Below are positions 45,651 to 55,754 of a stretch of DNA of 64,000 nt, piece after piece. The position numbers and the translations under genes were made by a program. Location of the stretch: NCBI GenBank assembly GCA_965223415.1, contig OZ245002.1, positions 2,688,001 through 2,752,000 of the forward strand, given 5' to 3'. The DNA is from Myxococcota bacterium. Its GTDB lineage: Bacteria; Myxococcota_A; UBA9160; UBA6930. Below the pieces are notes generated by a model. The model had not been told where the DNA came from. It ran no database searches and was given only the letters and a program-made list of their open reading frames with translations. Each line of letters opens with the position of its first letter. The stretch's first letter is position 1.

Positions 45651-47132
45651 GCGGACGGGGACGAAGCGGTCGCTGGCGAGCTGGCGTAGGCGGGTCAGGT
45701 CTTCGCGGCGGGAGCGGGAGAGGGGGACCGTCTCGGCGAGTTCCTGGAGGATCATGGCGTCCTCGAGGGGGCGCTGCTCGTGGAGGGAGCGGTAGAGGGC
45801 GGAGATCACGGCCTGCTCGATCTCGGCGCCGGAGAAGCCGTCGCTCGCCGCCACCTGAGCGGCGAGGTCGAAGCAGGCGGGCTCCTGCTTGCGGTGGCGC
45901 AGGTGGATCGAGAAGATCGTCTCGCGCTCGTCGGGCGCGGGCAGGTCGACGAAGAAGATCTCGTCGAAGCGGCCCTTGCGCAGGAGCTCCGGCGGAAGGC
46001 GGAAGACGTCGTTGGCGGTGGCGATCAGGAAGACCGGCTTCGTCTTCTCCTGGAGCCAGGTGAGCAGGCTCGCGAAGATGCGTTGGCTGACGCCACCGTC
46101 GTTGTCGCCCGCCTGGGCGAAGCCCTTCTCGATCTCGTCGATCCACAGCACGCAGGGCGACATGGACTCGGCCATGTCGATGGCCCGCCGCAGGTTCTTC
46201 TCGCTCTCGCCGATGTATTTGTCGTAGAGCCGGCCGGCATCGAGCTTGAGCAGCGGCATCGACCACTCCCGCGCGATGCACTTCGCGGCCAGTGACTTGC
46301 CGCAGCCCTGCACGCCGACCAGCAGGATGCCGCTCGGCGGGTCGAGGTTCAGCGCCTTGGCCTGCTCGCTGAAGCCGAGCTGGGCGCGATGGAGCCAGCT
46401 GCGCAGACGTCCGAAGCCGCCGAGCTCGTAGGGATTGTCCTCGGCGGGGAAATACTCGAGCAGGCCGTCCCGGCCGATCTCCTCGGCCTTGCGCTCCTGG
46501 AGCGAGGCGACGTCGGCGGCGCTGAGCCGGCCATCCTGGAGCACGACGCCGGCGACCGCCTGCCGCGCCTGGTTGGCGGTCATGCCGGTGAGGGCATCGA
46601 GCAGGCGCTCGAAGTCCCGGGGAGTGAGGTCGACCTGGGGACGCGTGCGCGAGCGCAGGGAAGAGAGCACGGAAGAGACGACGCTCCGCAGCTCGTCCTT
46701 GCTAGGTAGTGCTACCTCGTAGTGAACGACGTGGTGATCGGCGTCCTTCGGGAACTCGTGGCCGGCGCCGGTGAGCACCAGCGTCGAGTGCGTGTGGGCG
46801 AATTGGCGGGCGAGATCGCGGAAGGCCCGGCACACGGTCGGGTCTTCGAGGTGCCGCGCGAAGTCCTTCAGCAGGAAGATCGCCTCGAGGCGCAGTGTGC
46901 GGATGTGGCCCAGCACCTCGAGGGCGCCGCAGGTCGCGCGGTTTGCCTGGCCGTCGGGCTTGCGCACGAGCCCTCGCGTGACCGTCCACTCGAAGACCGG
47001 CAGCCCCACTTCGCCGGCTACTGCGTCGATCAGGGCCTCCGCCCGCTCCTCCTCCACCGTGTCGATGGCGATCGCCGGATGGAAGGAGAGAACCAGGGTC
47101 TTGACGTCGTGAATCGAGGTCTGGAGCGCCAC
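45648..47132 (-). CDS. AAA+ ATPase (Ycf46-like)
   Basis: GVQGCGKS Walker A, LWIDEIEK Walker B, LRKGRFD. Confidence 0.9.
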   Translation of the reverse strand: MALQTSIHDVKTLVLSFHPAIAIDTVEEERAEALIDAVAGEVGLPVFEWTVTRGLVRKPDGQANRATCGALEVLGHIRTLRLEAIFLLKDFARHLEDPTVCRAFRDLARQFAHTHSTLVLTGAGHEFPKDADHHVVHYEVALPSKDELRSVVSSVLSSLRSRTRPQVDLTPRDFERLLDALTGMTANQARQAVAGVVLQDGRLSAADVASLQERKAEEIGRDGLLEYFPAEDNPYELGGFGRLRSWLHRAQLGFSEQAKALNLDPPSGILLVGVQGCGKSLAAKCIAREWSMPLLKLDAGRLYDKYIGESEKNLRRAIDMAESMSPCVLWIDEIEKGFAQAGDNDGGVSQRIFASLLTWLQEKTKPVFLIATANDVFRLPPELLRKGRFDEIFFVDLPAPDERETIFSIHLRHRKQEPACFDLAAQVAASDGFSGAEIEQAVISALYRSLHEQRPLEDAMILQELAETVPLSRSRREDLTRLRQLASDRFVPVR

Positions 47133-47172
47133 GCCCGACTCATCGAACACCCGTCCGCGGGCCTTGAACGGA

Positions 47173-47249
47173 AGAAACGGGGCCAGAGTTGAGAATTCAG
47201 TTACCCCCCTCCAGGGGGTAACTGAATTCTCAACTCTGGCCCCGTTTCT
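47173..47249. repeat. REP-like palindrome, family B (77 bp)
   Basis: 36-bp perfect arms AGAAACGGGGCCAGAGTTGAGAATTCAGTTACCCCC with 5-nt loop. Confidence 0.95.
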
Positions 47250-48763
47250 CAATCTTCGATTCGGGCTTGGGTGATGCGTTGGAGGCGGGTTTCGTCTCGG
47301 CGGAGCTGGATGGTGCGGCCGCGGTGGACGTAGACGAGGCCGGGCTTGGCGCCTTTCGGCTTCGAGATGTCCTTGCACTCGGCGACGTGAACGGGCGCGC
47401 GGGTGGCGTTCTTCTGCTTGGAGAACTGGACGGCGAGCTCGGCGGCCTCGAGGAGGGCCTCCTGGGGCGGCTCGCCCTTCTCGACGCGCAGGATGACGTG
47501 GCTTCCCGGCGAGCCTTCGAGGTGGAAGAAGAGGTCCCGGCCGCGGGCCAGGCGGGTGGTGAGGACGTCGTTGCCCTCGTCGTTCTTGCCGACCCAGATC
47601 TCGAGGCCGCCGGTCGCCCGGTAGCGCTTGGGGACGAGACGCGTCGGCAGCTCGCGCTTGCCGATCTTCCAGACCTTCCGGGGCTTCGCCGGCTCGGCGC
47701 CCGGCGTGCGGGCCTTCGGCAGGTAGCGGTCGAGCAGCCGCGCCACGTCCGGGCCCTCGGCCAGGGCCCGGAGGGCCTCCTCGTCGTCGTCGGCCAAGGC
47801 GTCGAGCTCGGCCTGGAGCGCCTCCAGGTCGCGGCGACGGGCGTCGAGCGCCTCCAGGTCCTGGGCCGCGCGCACGCCCTTCTTCATGGCCTTGCGGGCG
47901 CGGCGGAAGAGCTGCTCCATGTTGCCGGCGCCGTCGAGCTTCGGGTCGAGGGGGATCGTCACGTTTTCCCCGGTCTCGAAGTCCCGCACCTCCACCTCGC
48001 TGGCCCGCTTGCCGACCTGCCTCAGGTTGCCCTTCAGGAGCTCGCCCCAACGCTCGAGGTGCGGCGCCTCCTCCCCGGCCGCCGCGTCCCGCTGGAGCCC
48101 GCGGGCCTTGCGGTCGAGGGCGGCGCGCTGCTTCTTGAGCGCCTGGGCGAGCTGGTGACGGAGGCGGTCCTCCCGCTCGCGATCCTCCTGGGCCGCGTAC
48201 TCAGCCTCGATCGCCGCGAGCAGCTGCGCGTCGTCGGCGGCAGCGAAGCGGTCCTCGCGTTGGCTCGCGGGTGCCCCTTCGGGATCGCGCCACGGCTCGC
48301 CGAGCGCGAGATCCCGCCGGGTCTCGGCCAGCGGGCGCGCGGCCCGGGCCAGCACCTCGCCACGCTCCAGCACGTAGAGGTTGCTGCGCGGCCCCATCAA
48401 CGAGAGGAGCAGCTCGGTCCGCGTGCCGTCCCGCGCCTCGAAGCGCAGGGCGAGCTGGCGATCGGCGCCGCGCAGCGCCGCCTCCCGCAGCCGCGCGCCC
48501 TCGAGCCGCGGCTTCGCGTACTGGGCGAGAGCGGGCGGCTTTTTCGGGGCGGGCCGGGGCTTCGCCAGCGCGGCCACGCGACCGAACTTCGGCCGCCAAG
48601 AGAGCAGCAGGTGGAGCTTCTCCTTCGGCTCACGGGTCTCGCCGCCGGAGAGGTGCAGCACCAGCTCGAAGGGCCCGGACTCCACCACCCGATCGAGGCG
48701 CGCACCGCGCCACTCCGCGTCCAGTACGCGCCCCGCGCGCGAAAGCTCTGCCAAGCTCAGCAT
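47249..48763 (-). CDS. rqcH: Rqc2/RqcH (NFACT) ribosome quality-control protein
   Basis: NFACT-N, coiled coil, IPLDP, NFACT-R (VGKNDEGND, FHLEGSPGSHV, KPKGAKPG). Confidence 0.82.
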   Translation of the reverse strand: MLSLAELSRAGRVLDAEWRGARLDRVVESGPFELVLHLSGGETREPKEKLHLLLSWRPKFGRVAALAKPRPAPKKPPALAQYAKPRLEGARLREAALRGADRQLALRFEARDGTRTELLLSLMGPRSNLYVLERGEVLARAARPLAETRRDLALGEPWRDPEGAPASQREDRFAAADDAQLLAAIEAEYAAQEDREREDRLRHQLAQALKKQRAALDRKARGLQRDAAAGEEAPHLERWGELLKGNLRQVGKRASEVEVRDFETGENVTIPLDPKLDGAGNMEQLFRRARKAMKKGVRAAQDLEALDARRRDLEALQAELDALADDDEEALRALAEGPDVARLLDRYLPKARTPGAEPAKPRKVWKIGKRELPTRLVPKRYRATGGLEIWVGKNDEGNDVLTTRLARGRDLFFHLEGSPGSHVILRVEKGEPPQEALLEAAELAVQFSKQKNATRAPVHVAECKDISKPKGAKPGLVYVHRGRTIQLRRDETRLQRITQARIED

Positions 48764-48802
48764 TCCCTCACCCCGGACGCTTCTTCGGCGGGCTCAATTC
48801 CC

Positions 48803-49678
48803 TCATCTCTGACAGCGGGAACAGTAGTGGGAGCTGCGCTGGCCGAGCACCTTGCGACGGATCGGGGCGCCGCAGACCGGGCACGGCTCGCCACTCCGGC
48901 CGTAGACCCGGCGCTCGTCCTGATAGCCGCCGTCGCTCCCGTCCGGCGCGACGTAGTCGCTGATGCTCGAGCCCCCGGTCTCGATCGAGCGACGCATCAC
49001 CTGCCGCAGGCCGGCGGCCAGGCCGTCGCACTCGGCGCGGGTCACCCGGCCCGCTCGCCGCCCGGGCCGCACGCCGGCCAGGAACAGGGCCTCGTCGGTG
49101 TAGATGTTCCCGCTCCCGGCGATCACCCCCTGGTCGAGCAGCAGGCTCTTGATCGCCACCTTGCGCTTGCGACTGGCCCGGAAGATCTCCTCGCCGGTGA
49201 TCTCGAGCGCGTCGGTGCCGAGCTTGTCGAGCCGCTCGGAAGGCTCCCCGGCGCCGAGCAGCTGCACCTTGCCGAACTTGCGCACGTCCCGGAAGAGCAC
49301 GTCCGGCCCGCCGTCGTCGAAGCGCAGCTGGAGATGGGTGTGCTGGTCGGGCTCGAAGGCCGGCTGCTGCTCCGGAGCCAGGGAGGCCCGGGCCGTGGCC
49401 GAGAGCAGGCGGAGGCTCTTCGCCCCGGCGGCGAAGAGCTGGCCGGTCATGCCGAGATGCAGCAGCAGGCGCCGCCCGTCGCCCACCTCGGCGACCAGGT
49501 ACTTGCCCCTCCGGGTGAGACCGGCGACCCGCTGCCCGCGCAGGCGGCGGCGCAGGGTCGCCGGCGGCGTCAGGAAGAAGTAGCTGTCGCCGGTCGTGCG
49601 AACCTCTCGAAGGGTACGGCCGACCATCACCGGTGCGATCCGCCGCCGCGTCACCTCGACCTCGGGAAGCTCGGGCAT
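48803..49678 (-). CDS. mutM: Formamidopyrimidine-DNA glycosylase
   Basis: MPELPEVE, RRGKY, HLGMTG, GNIY, C4 zinc finger. Confidence 0.95.
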   Translation of the reverse strand: MPELPEVEVTRRRIAPVMVGRTLREVRTTGDSYFFLTPPATLRRRLRGQRVAGLTRRGKYLVAEVGDGRRLLLHLGMTGQLFAAGAKSLRLLSATARASLAPEQQPAFEPDQHTHLQLRFDDGGPDVLFRDVRKFGKVQLLGAGEPSERLDKLGTDALEITGEEIFRASRKRKVAIKSLLLDQGVIAGSGNIYTDEALFLAGVRPGRRAGRVTRAECDGLAAGLRQVMRRSIETGGSSISDYVAPDGSDGGYQDERRVYGRSGEPCPVCGAPIRRKVLGQRSSHYCSRCQR

Positions 49679-49680
49679 GG

Positions 49681-50118
49681 CTAGGGGTCGAAGCGGGCTC
49701 GCAGCTCCGGCGCGACCACCGGGCAGGCGTCCTGGGGCGGGGCCCACAGCCGTCGGCGGACGACCGCGACGCCGTCGTAGAGCAGATCCCGCAGCGGCCG
49801 GGGCAATGCGCGAAGCAGCCGAGCCCGGCGCGTGTGGCGCCCGCCCAGCGCGTCGAGCAGCCGGATCACCGCGTCGGAGCGGGTGGCGAGCCGGCCGTCG
49901 GGCTCGAGCACGGCCACGCTGTCCGGGAGGCCGCGCCGGGTCGCCTCGTCGATGCGGGAGAGGAAGGTCTCGCCGCCAATCGGGGCGAAGCGGAACAATC
50001 GCCCCTCCGGATCCTCGTCGATCAGGAAGCGGACGGTGCGGTGGCACATCCCGCAGGAGCCGTCGTAGAACACGACGGGCAGAGCGCCCTGCGCGGGCAC
50101 GGCGCTCGCGGCGCTCAC
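49681..50118 (-). CDS. DCC1-like thiol-disulfide oxidoreductase (DUF393)
   Basis: VFYDGSCGMC, RSDA, RDLLY. Confidence 0.85.
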   Translation of the reverse strand: MSAASAVPAQGALPVVFYDGSCGMCHRTVRFLIDEDPEGRLFRFAPIGGETFLSRIDEATRRGLPDSVAVLEPDGRLATRSDAVIRLLDALGGRHTRRARLLRALPRPLRDLLYDGVAVVRRRLWAPPQDACPVVAPELRARFDP

Positions 50119-51152
50119 AGCCCGCCGCTCCGCCATGGCTCGACCAGGATCTTGGCGTGGGCGTCGGGCTCGCCGAGGACCTCGAAGGCCCCCGCCACGC
50201 CGTCGACACCGACCCGGCCGCTGATCAGCGGCCCGCCGTCGATGCTTCCGTCCGTGAGGGCGCCCAGGGTCTCCGCGAACTCCTCCGGCGAGTAGCCGAG
50301 CACGAACTGGAAGGCGAGCTCCTTCGCGATGGCGTGGAGCGGCTGGATCCGATCCTCCTCCATGCACACGCCCACCACCACGACCCGCGTGTCCCGGGGT
50401 GCCTGGGCGATCACGTCCTGGAGCATGCCCGGAACGCCGACGCACTCGAAGACGAGGGGCGTCTTCAGCCCGGCCTCCTTGGCGAAGCGCTCCATGGCCG
50501 GCTCTTCCGCCGGGTCCAGGACGACGTGGGCGCCGAGGGCGCGCGCCAGATCCCGGCGGGTCTTGCTGAAGTCGCTGGCCACGATCGGCTCCGCGCCCTG
50601 CAGGCGCAGGGCCGCGATCACCGCCAGGCCCACCGGGCCGCAGCCGAGCACGAGCGGCGCCTCGCTCGGCTGGAGCTGGCCCTTGCGCACAGCGTGGAGC
50701 CCGACGGCCATGGGCTCGGTGAGGGCCGCCGCCCCGGTCGGCAGATCGTCGGAGACGCGCAGCAGCATGGGCTCGGACAGCAGCATCAGCTCGGCGTAGC
50801 CACCCGGGAAGTCGGGCGAGTAGCCGACGCCGGCGATCCCGCCGGCGTGGATCAGCATGGGCATCGAGCAGACCCGGTCGCCGACCCGGAGCTTGCGCTC
50901 GGTGCCCGGGCCGAAGTCCACGACCTCGGCACAGAACTCGTGACCCATCACCAGGTCCGCGTCCGGGGCATAGCTGCCCTGGCCGAGGGCGGCGCTGAGG
51001 TCGGCCATCTGACCGGCGTTCTTGAGATAGTGGAGGTCCGATCCGCAGATGCCGCAGGCCAGGGTCTTGACGAGCACCTGACCCTCAGCGGGTGTGGGAT
51101 CGGGCAGCTCGTCGGTGACCAGCTGCCGGTCTCGAAGAACGGCTGCGCGCAT
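50115..51152 (-). CDS. Zinc-binding (MDR) dehydrogenase
   Basis: CGICGSDLH, GHE, GCGPVG. Confidence 0.9.
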   Translation of the reverse strand: MRAAVLRDRQLVTDELPDPTPAEGQVLVKTLACGICGSDLHYLKNAGQMADLSAALGQGSYAPDADLVMGHEFCAEVVDFGPGTERKLRVGDRVCSMPMLIHAGGIAGVGYSPDFPGGYAELMLLSEPMLLRVSDDLPTGAAALTEPMAVGLHAVRKGQLQPSEAPLVLGCGPVGLAVIAALRLQGAEPIVASDFSKTRRDLARALGAHVVLDPAEEPAMERFAKEAGLKTPLVFECVGVPGMLQDVIAQAPRDTRVVVVGVCMEEDRIQPLHAIAKELAFQFVLGYSPEEFAETLGALTDGSIDGGPLISGRVGVDGVAGAFEVLGEPDAHAKILVEPWRSGGL

Positions 51153-51244
51153 CGGGGACTCCTCGGCCAAGAGGGTAGCAGTGCGGGGTTTGCGGACGGG
51201 TCCAGGGATGGGATGCTCCCGGGATCCCCATCCAGGAGTGCCGC

Positions 51245-51673
51245 ATGACCGCCCGCCTCGTTCTCGCCCTGGCTCTCGGCCTGGCTGCCGCCCCCGCCTA
51301 CGCCCAGGCCCTGCTCCCGGTGGAGCCGGCGCCGGAAGAGGCGCGCGTCTACTTCATCACCCCGTCGGACGGCGCCACGCTGAAAGGCCCGATCACGGTG
51401 CGCTTCGGGCTGGAGGGGATGGGCGTCGCGCCGGCGGGCGTCGAGAAGGCCGGAACCGGCCACCACCACCTGATCGTCGACGCGGAGCTTCCGCCCGCCG
51501 GCCTGCCGATCCCGGCGGACGAGAACCACGTCCACTTCGGCGGCGGACAGACCGAGACGAGCCTCGAGCTGGCTCCGGGGCAGCACACGCTCCAGCTCCT
51601 GGTCGGCGACGCCCGGCACGTGCCCCACGAGCCACCGATCGCCTCGAAGCGGATCACGATCACGGTGGAGTAG
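51245..51673 (+). CDS. Secreted DUF4399 domain protein
   Basis: Signal peptide; GTGHHHLIVD, HFGGGQTE, GQHTLQL. Confidence 0.85.
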   Translation: MTARLVLALALGLAAAPAYAQALLPVEPAPEEARVYFITPSDGATLKGPITVRFGLEGMGVAPAGVEKAGTGHHHLIVDAELPPAGLPIPADENHVHFGGGQTETSLELAPGQHTLQLLVGDARHVPHEPPIASKRITITVE

Positions 51674-51705
51674 GGCCTGGCGAGACCGCTACCCTCCGGC
51701 CCTCC

Positions 51706-54700
51706 ATGAGCCAGAAGCCCTACCCGGACGTCCCCGCCCAGCCCCGCTTCCCGGAGATCGAGGAGCGGGTCCAGGCGCGTTGGCGCAAGGACGGCACCTT
51801 CGAGCGCTCGGTCGAGCAGCGGCCCGCCGGTGAGAAGGGCGCGAACGAGTACATCTTCTACGACGGCCCGCCCTTCGCGAACGGCATGCCCCATTTCGGC
51901 CACCTGCTCACGAGCTACGTGAAGGACATCGTGCCGCGCTACCAGACGCTGCGCGGTCGCCGGGTCGAGCGGCGCTTCGGCTGGGACTGCCACGGTCTGC
52001 CCGCCGAGATGGAGGCCCAGAAGGAGCTCGGAGTGTCGAGTCGCGCCGAGATCGAGGCCCACGGTGTCGACCGCTTCAACGACTACTGCCGCAGCTCCGT
52101 GCTCCGCTACACCGAGCAGTGGCAGGAGGTGATCCACCGCGCCGGGCGTTGGGTCGACTTCGGGAACGGCTACAAGACGATGGACCTCTCCTACATGGAG
52201 AGCGTCATCTGGGCCTTCAAGCGGCTCTACCAGAAGGACCTGCTCTACGAGGGCTTCAACGTCCTGCCCTACTCCTGGGCCGCCGAGACGCCGCTCTCGA
52301 ACTTCGAGACGCGCCTCGATGACGCCACCCGCGAACGCACGGATCCGGCCATCACCGTGCGCTTCGAGCTCCTGCCCGAGGGCGACGGCCGCCCGACGGA
52401 CCTGCTTGCGTGGACGACGACGCCCTGGACCCTGCCCTCGAACCTCGCACTCGCCGTGGGCCCCGAGATCGACTACGCGGTGCTGGAGCAGGAGGGGCAA
52501 CGAACCGTCCTCGCCGAGGCCCTGGTCGGGAAGTTCGAGGCGGAGCTGGGCTCCGCCGAGCGGATCGGCTCGGTGCGCGGCGCCGAGCTGGTCGGTCGTC
52601 GCTACCGCCCCCTCTTCCCGTTCTTCGCGGACACGCAGAACGCCTTCCGCGTGATCGGCGCGGACTTCGTGGAGGTCGAGGAAGGCACCGGTGTCGTGCA
52701 CCTGGCACCGGGCTTCGGCGAGGACGACCTCCAGACCTGCAAGGAGCACGACATCCCGGTCGTGGTACCGGTGGACGACCGGGGACGCTTCACCTCCGAG
52801 GTTCCGGACTACGAGGGCGTACAGGTCTTCGACGCGAACGGGCGGATCATCCGCGATCTGAAGGAGCGCGGGGTCGTCGTCCGCCACGAGAGCTACGCCC
52901 ACAACTACCCCCACTGCTGGCGGACCGACGAGCCGCTCATCTACCGGGCCATGAGCTCCTGGTTCGTGCGCGTCTCGGCGATCCGCGACCGGATGCTCGC
53001 CAACAACCAGGAGATCAACTGGATCCCCGGACACATCCGCGACGGGCTGTTCGGCAACATGCTGGCCAGCGCGCCGGATTGGGCGCTCTCTCGCAACCGC
53101 TACTGGGGCTCGCCGATCCCGGTCTGGAAGAGCGACGATCCGCGCTTCCCGCGCGTGGACGTCTACGGGAGCCTCGACGAGATCGAGGAGGACTTCGGCG
53201 TCCGCCCGGACGACCTGCACCGCCCGGGCATCGACGGCTTTGTGCGCCCGAACCCGGATGATCCGTCGGGGCGGACGATGATGCGGCGCGTGCCGGACGT
53301 GCTCGACGTGTGGTTCGACTCGGGCTCCATGCCCTTCGCGCAGGTGCACTACCCCTTCGAGAACAAGGAGTGGTTCGAGAACCACTTCCCAGCGGACTTC
53401 ATCTGCGAGTACGTCGCCCAGACCCGCGGCTGGTTCAACACCCTGATGGTGCTGGGCACGGCGCTCTTCGACCGGCCGCCCTTCAAGAACTGCATCTGCC
53501 ACGGCGTCACCCTCGATCCCGACGGCGTCAAGCAGTCGAAGCGGCTGCGCAACTACCCCGAGCCGACCATCGTCTACGACACCCACGGATCCGACGCCAT
53601 GCGCTGGTACCTCGTCGCCTCGCCGCTGCTCAAGGGGCTGGACCTCAAGGTCGAGATCGACGGCAAGCCGATCGGCGACGTGGTGCGCAACGTGCTGAAC
53701 CCGCTCTGGAGCACTTGGCACTTCTTCAGCCTGTACGCGAACGCCGACGGGCTGCGCGGGAACGCGATCACCGAGGCGGAGAACGTGCTCGACCGCTACG
53801 TGCTCGCGAAGACCCGTGATTTCGTCCTCGACGTCCAGCACGGGATGGACGCCTACGATATCCAGGGCGCCTGCCAGTCCTTCGTCGCCTTCCTCGACGC
53901 GCTCAACAACTGGTACGTGCGCCGCAGCCGGCCGCGCTTCTGGAAGGCCGAGCGCGACGCGGACAAGCAGGCGGCCTACGACACCCTGGCGACCGTGCTG
54001 TCCACGCTCTGCCGCGCGGTGAGCCCGCTCCTCCCCATGACCACCGACGAGATCTTCGCCGGCCTGGTCGGCGGCGATAGCGTCCACCTCGCGGACTGGC
54101 CCGACCCGGAGGCCCTGCCGGCCGACCCGGAGCTGGTCGCGGCCATGGATCGGGTGCGCGACGTCTGCTCGACCGCCTTCGCCATGCGCCGGAGCGAGCA
54201 GGTGCGCATCCGTCAGCCACTCCAGAGCCTGACCCTCGCCGGGCCGGACGTGGCGATGCTCGAGCCCTTCACGGAGCTGATCGCCGACGAGGTGAACGTG
54301 AAGGAGGTGAAGCTGCGGCCGGAGATCGACGCCTTCGCGACCTTCCGGCTCCAGGTGAACGCCCGCGCGGTGGGCCCGCGGCTGGGCGGCGAGACCAAGA
54401 AGGTGATCGCCGCCTCGAAGAAGGGCGAGTGGGCCGCCACCGAGGGCGGCGGTGTCGAGGTCGCGGGCCAGCGGCTGGAGGAGGGCGAGTTCACCCTGCT
54501 CCTCCAGCCCAAGGAGGACGTCGCCTGCCGGGCCCTCCAGGCGAACGACATGATCGCCGTGCTCGACTTCGAGCTGACGGACGCGCTGGTGAGTGAAGGT
54601 CATGCCCGCGACCTGGTGCGCGTGGTGCAGCAGGCGCGCCGGGAGGCCGGGCTCGAGGTGTCCGATCGAATCCGCCTCTCCCTCGCCCTCCCGGAGGTCT

Positions 54701-54864
54701 ACCGGAACGCGGCCCTGGGCTTCCGGGACTACGTGACCGAGAGCACCCTCGCCGTCGACCTGGACGTCGACGGCGCGGGCATCGGCGACGGCGCCTTCCG
54801 CCACGAGGCGAGCCTCGGCGGGGAGACCGTGCAGGTGCTCCTCACCCGGGCGGAGGCCGCGTGA
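51706..54864 (+). CDS. ileS: Isoleucine--tRNA ligase, type 2
   Basis: YDGPPFANGMPHFGH, GWDCHGLP, WTTTPWTLP, QTRGWF, KQSKR; long C-terminus without zinc finger. Confidence 0.95.
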   Translation: MSQKPYPDVPAQPRFPEIEERVQARWRKDGTFERSVEQRPAGEKGANEYIFYDGPPFANGMPHFGHLLTSYVKDIVPRYQTLRGRRVERRFGWDCHGLPAEMEAQKELGVSSRAEIEAHGVDRFNDYCRSSVLRYTEQWQEVIHRAGRWVDFGNGYKTMDLSYMESVIWAFKRLYQKDLLYEGFNVLPYSWAAETPLSNFETRLDDATRERTDPAITVRFELLPEGDGRPTDLLAWTTTPWTLPSNLALAVGPEIDYAVLEQEGQRTVLAEALVGKFEAELGSAERIGSVRGAELVGRRYRPLFPFFADTQNAFRVIGADFVEVEEGTGVVHLAPGFGEDDLQTCKEHDIPVVVPVDDRGRFTSEVPDYEGVQVFDANGRIIRDLKERGVVVRHESYAHNYPHCWRTDEPLIYRAMSSWFVRVSAIRDRMLANNQEINWIPGHIRDGLFGNMLASAPDWALSRNRYWGSPIPVWKSDDPRFPRVDVYGSLDEIEEDFGVRPDDLHRPGIDGFVRPNPDDPSGRTMMRRVPDVLDVWFDSGSMPFAQVHYPFENKEWFENHFPADFICEYVAQTRGWFNTLMVLGTALFDRPPFKNCICHGVTLDPDGVKQSKRLRNYPEPTIVYDTHGSDAMRWYLVASPLLKGLDLKVEIDGKPIGDVVRNVLNPLWSTWHFFSLYANADGLRGNAITEAENVLDRYVLAKTRDFVLDVQHGMDAYDIQGACQSFVAFLDALNNWYVRRSRPRFWKAERDADKQAAYDTLATVLSTLCRAVSPLLPMTTDEIFAGLVGGDSVHLADWPDPEALPADPELVAAMDRVRDVCSTAFAMRRSEQVRIRQPLQSLTLAGPDVAMLEPFTELIADEVNVKEVKLRPEIDAFATFRLQVNARAVGPRLGGETKKVIAASKKGEWAATEGGGVEVAGQRLEEGEFTLLLQPKEDVACRALQANDMIAVLDFELTDALVSEGHARDLVRVVQQARREAGLEVSDRIRLSLALPEVYRNAALGFRDYVTESTLAVDLDVDGAGIGDGAFRHEASLGGETVQVLLTRAEAA

Positions 54865-55754
54865 AGGTCCGGGTCCTGGGCTCGTCCGCCGGGGGAGGCC
54901 TTCCCCAGTGGAACTGCGGCGGCAGTCACTCGGTGCGGGCGCGGGCGGGCGATCCGGACGTCCCGCCGCGCAGCCAACCCTCGATCGCCATCTCGAGCGG
55001 CGACGGCCGTTGGACGATCGTGAACGCCAGCCCGGACGTCCGCACCCAGCTCGCCGAGTTCCCGGGCCTGCACCCCCGTCCCGGCACCCGCGACATCCCC
55101 CTCGACGGCGTGGTGGTGACGAACGCCGACCTCGACCACACGATCGGCTTGCTGGTGCTCCGCGAGGCGCTCCCCCACCGCATCCTCACCGCGCCGTGGA
55201 TCCGCGACGTGCTCGTCCGGCACAACGCGGCCTTCCGCCTGCTCGAGCCCGCCTTCCACACCGTGAAGCTCGACCAGCCCTTCCCCCTCGACCGGGAGGG
55301 CCTGCTCGAAGCGAAGCTCTTCCCGGTGCCCGGCAAGGTGCCGACCTGGCTGATGGAGCTGGCGAGCAACGCGGCCGAGGCCACCCTCGGGCTCCGCGTC
55401 ACCGACAAGCGCAGCGGCAAGCGGCTCGTCTACGCGCCGGGGCTCCAGACGCTCGATTCCGGCACCCTCGCCGAGCTGGCCCAGGCGGACGTCCGCTTCG
55501 TCGACGGCACCTTCTTCACCGCCGACGAGCTGCTGGCGATGCGGCCCGGCGCACCGGACGCCTTCGCCATGGGGCACGTGCCGATCAGCGGCCCGGACGG
55601 GAGCCTGGTGCGCTACGAGGGGCTGCCGGGCCGAACCCTCTACATCCACATCAACAACACGAACCCGATCCTCGACGCCAAGTCTCCGGAGCGCGCCCAG
55701 GTGGAGGCGGCTGGCGTCGAAGTGGCCGCCGACGGCATGGAGCTCGAGCTGTGA
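54861..55754 (+). CDS. pqqB: PQQ biosynthesis protein PqqB
   Basis: GSSAGGGLPQWNC, NASPD, NADLDH, MGH, HINNTNP. Confidence 0.9.
   Translation: MKVRVLGSSAGGGLPQWNCGGSHSVRARAGDPDVPPRSQPSIAISSGDGRWTIVNASPDVRTQLAEFPGLHPRPGTRDIPLDGVVVTNADLDHTIGLLVLREALPHRILTAPWIRDVLVRHNAAFRLLEPAFHTVKLDQPFPLDREGLLEAKLFPVPGKVPTWLMELASNAAEATLGLRVTDKRSGKRLVYAPGLQTLDSGTLAELAQADVRFVDGTFFTADELLAMRPGAPDAFAMGHVPISGPDGSLVRYEGLPGRTLYIHINNTNPILDAKSPERAQVEAAGVEVAADGMELEL

Noticed and set aside
47133..48050. N-terminal extension of the AAA ATPase ORF through the palindrome
   Set aside because: Overlaps rqcH in another frame; low-complexity R/G/P translation
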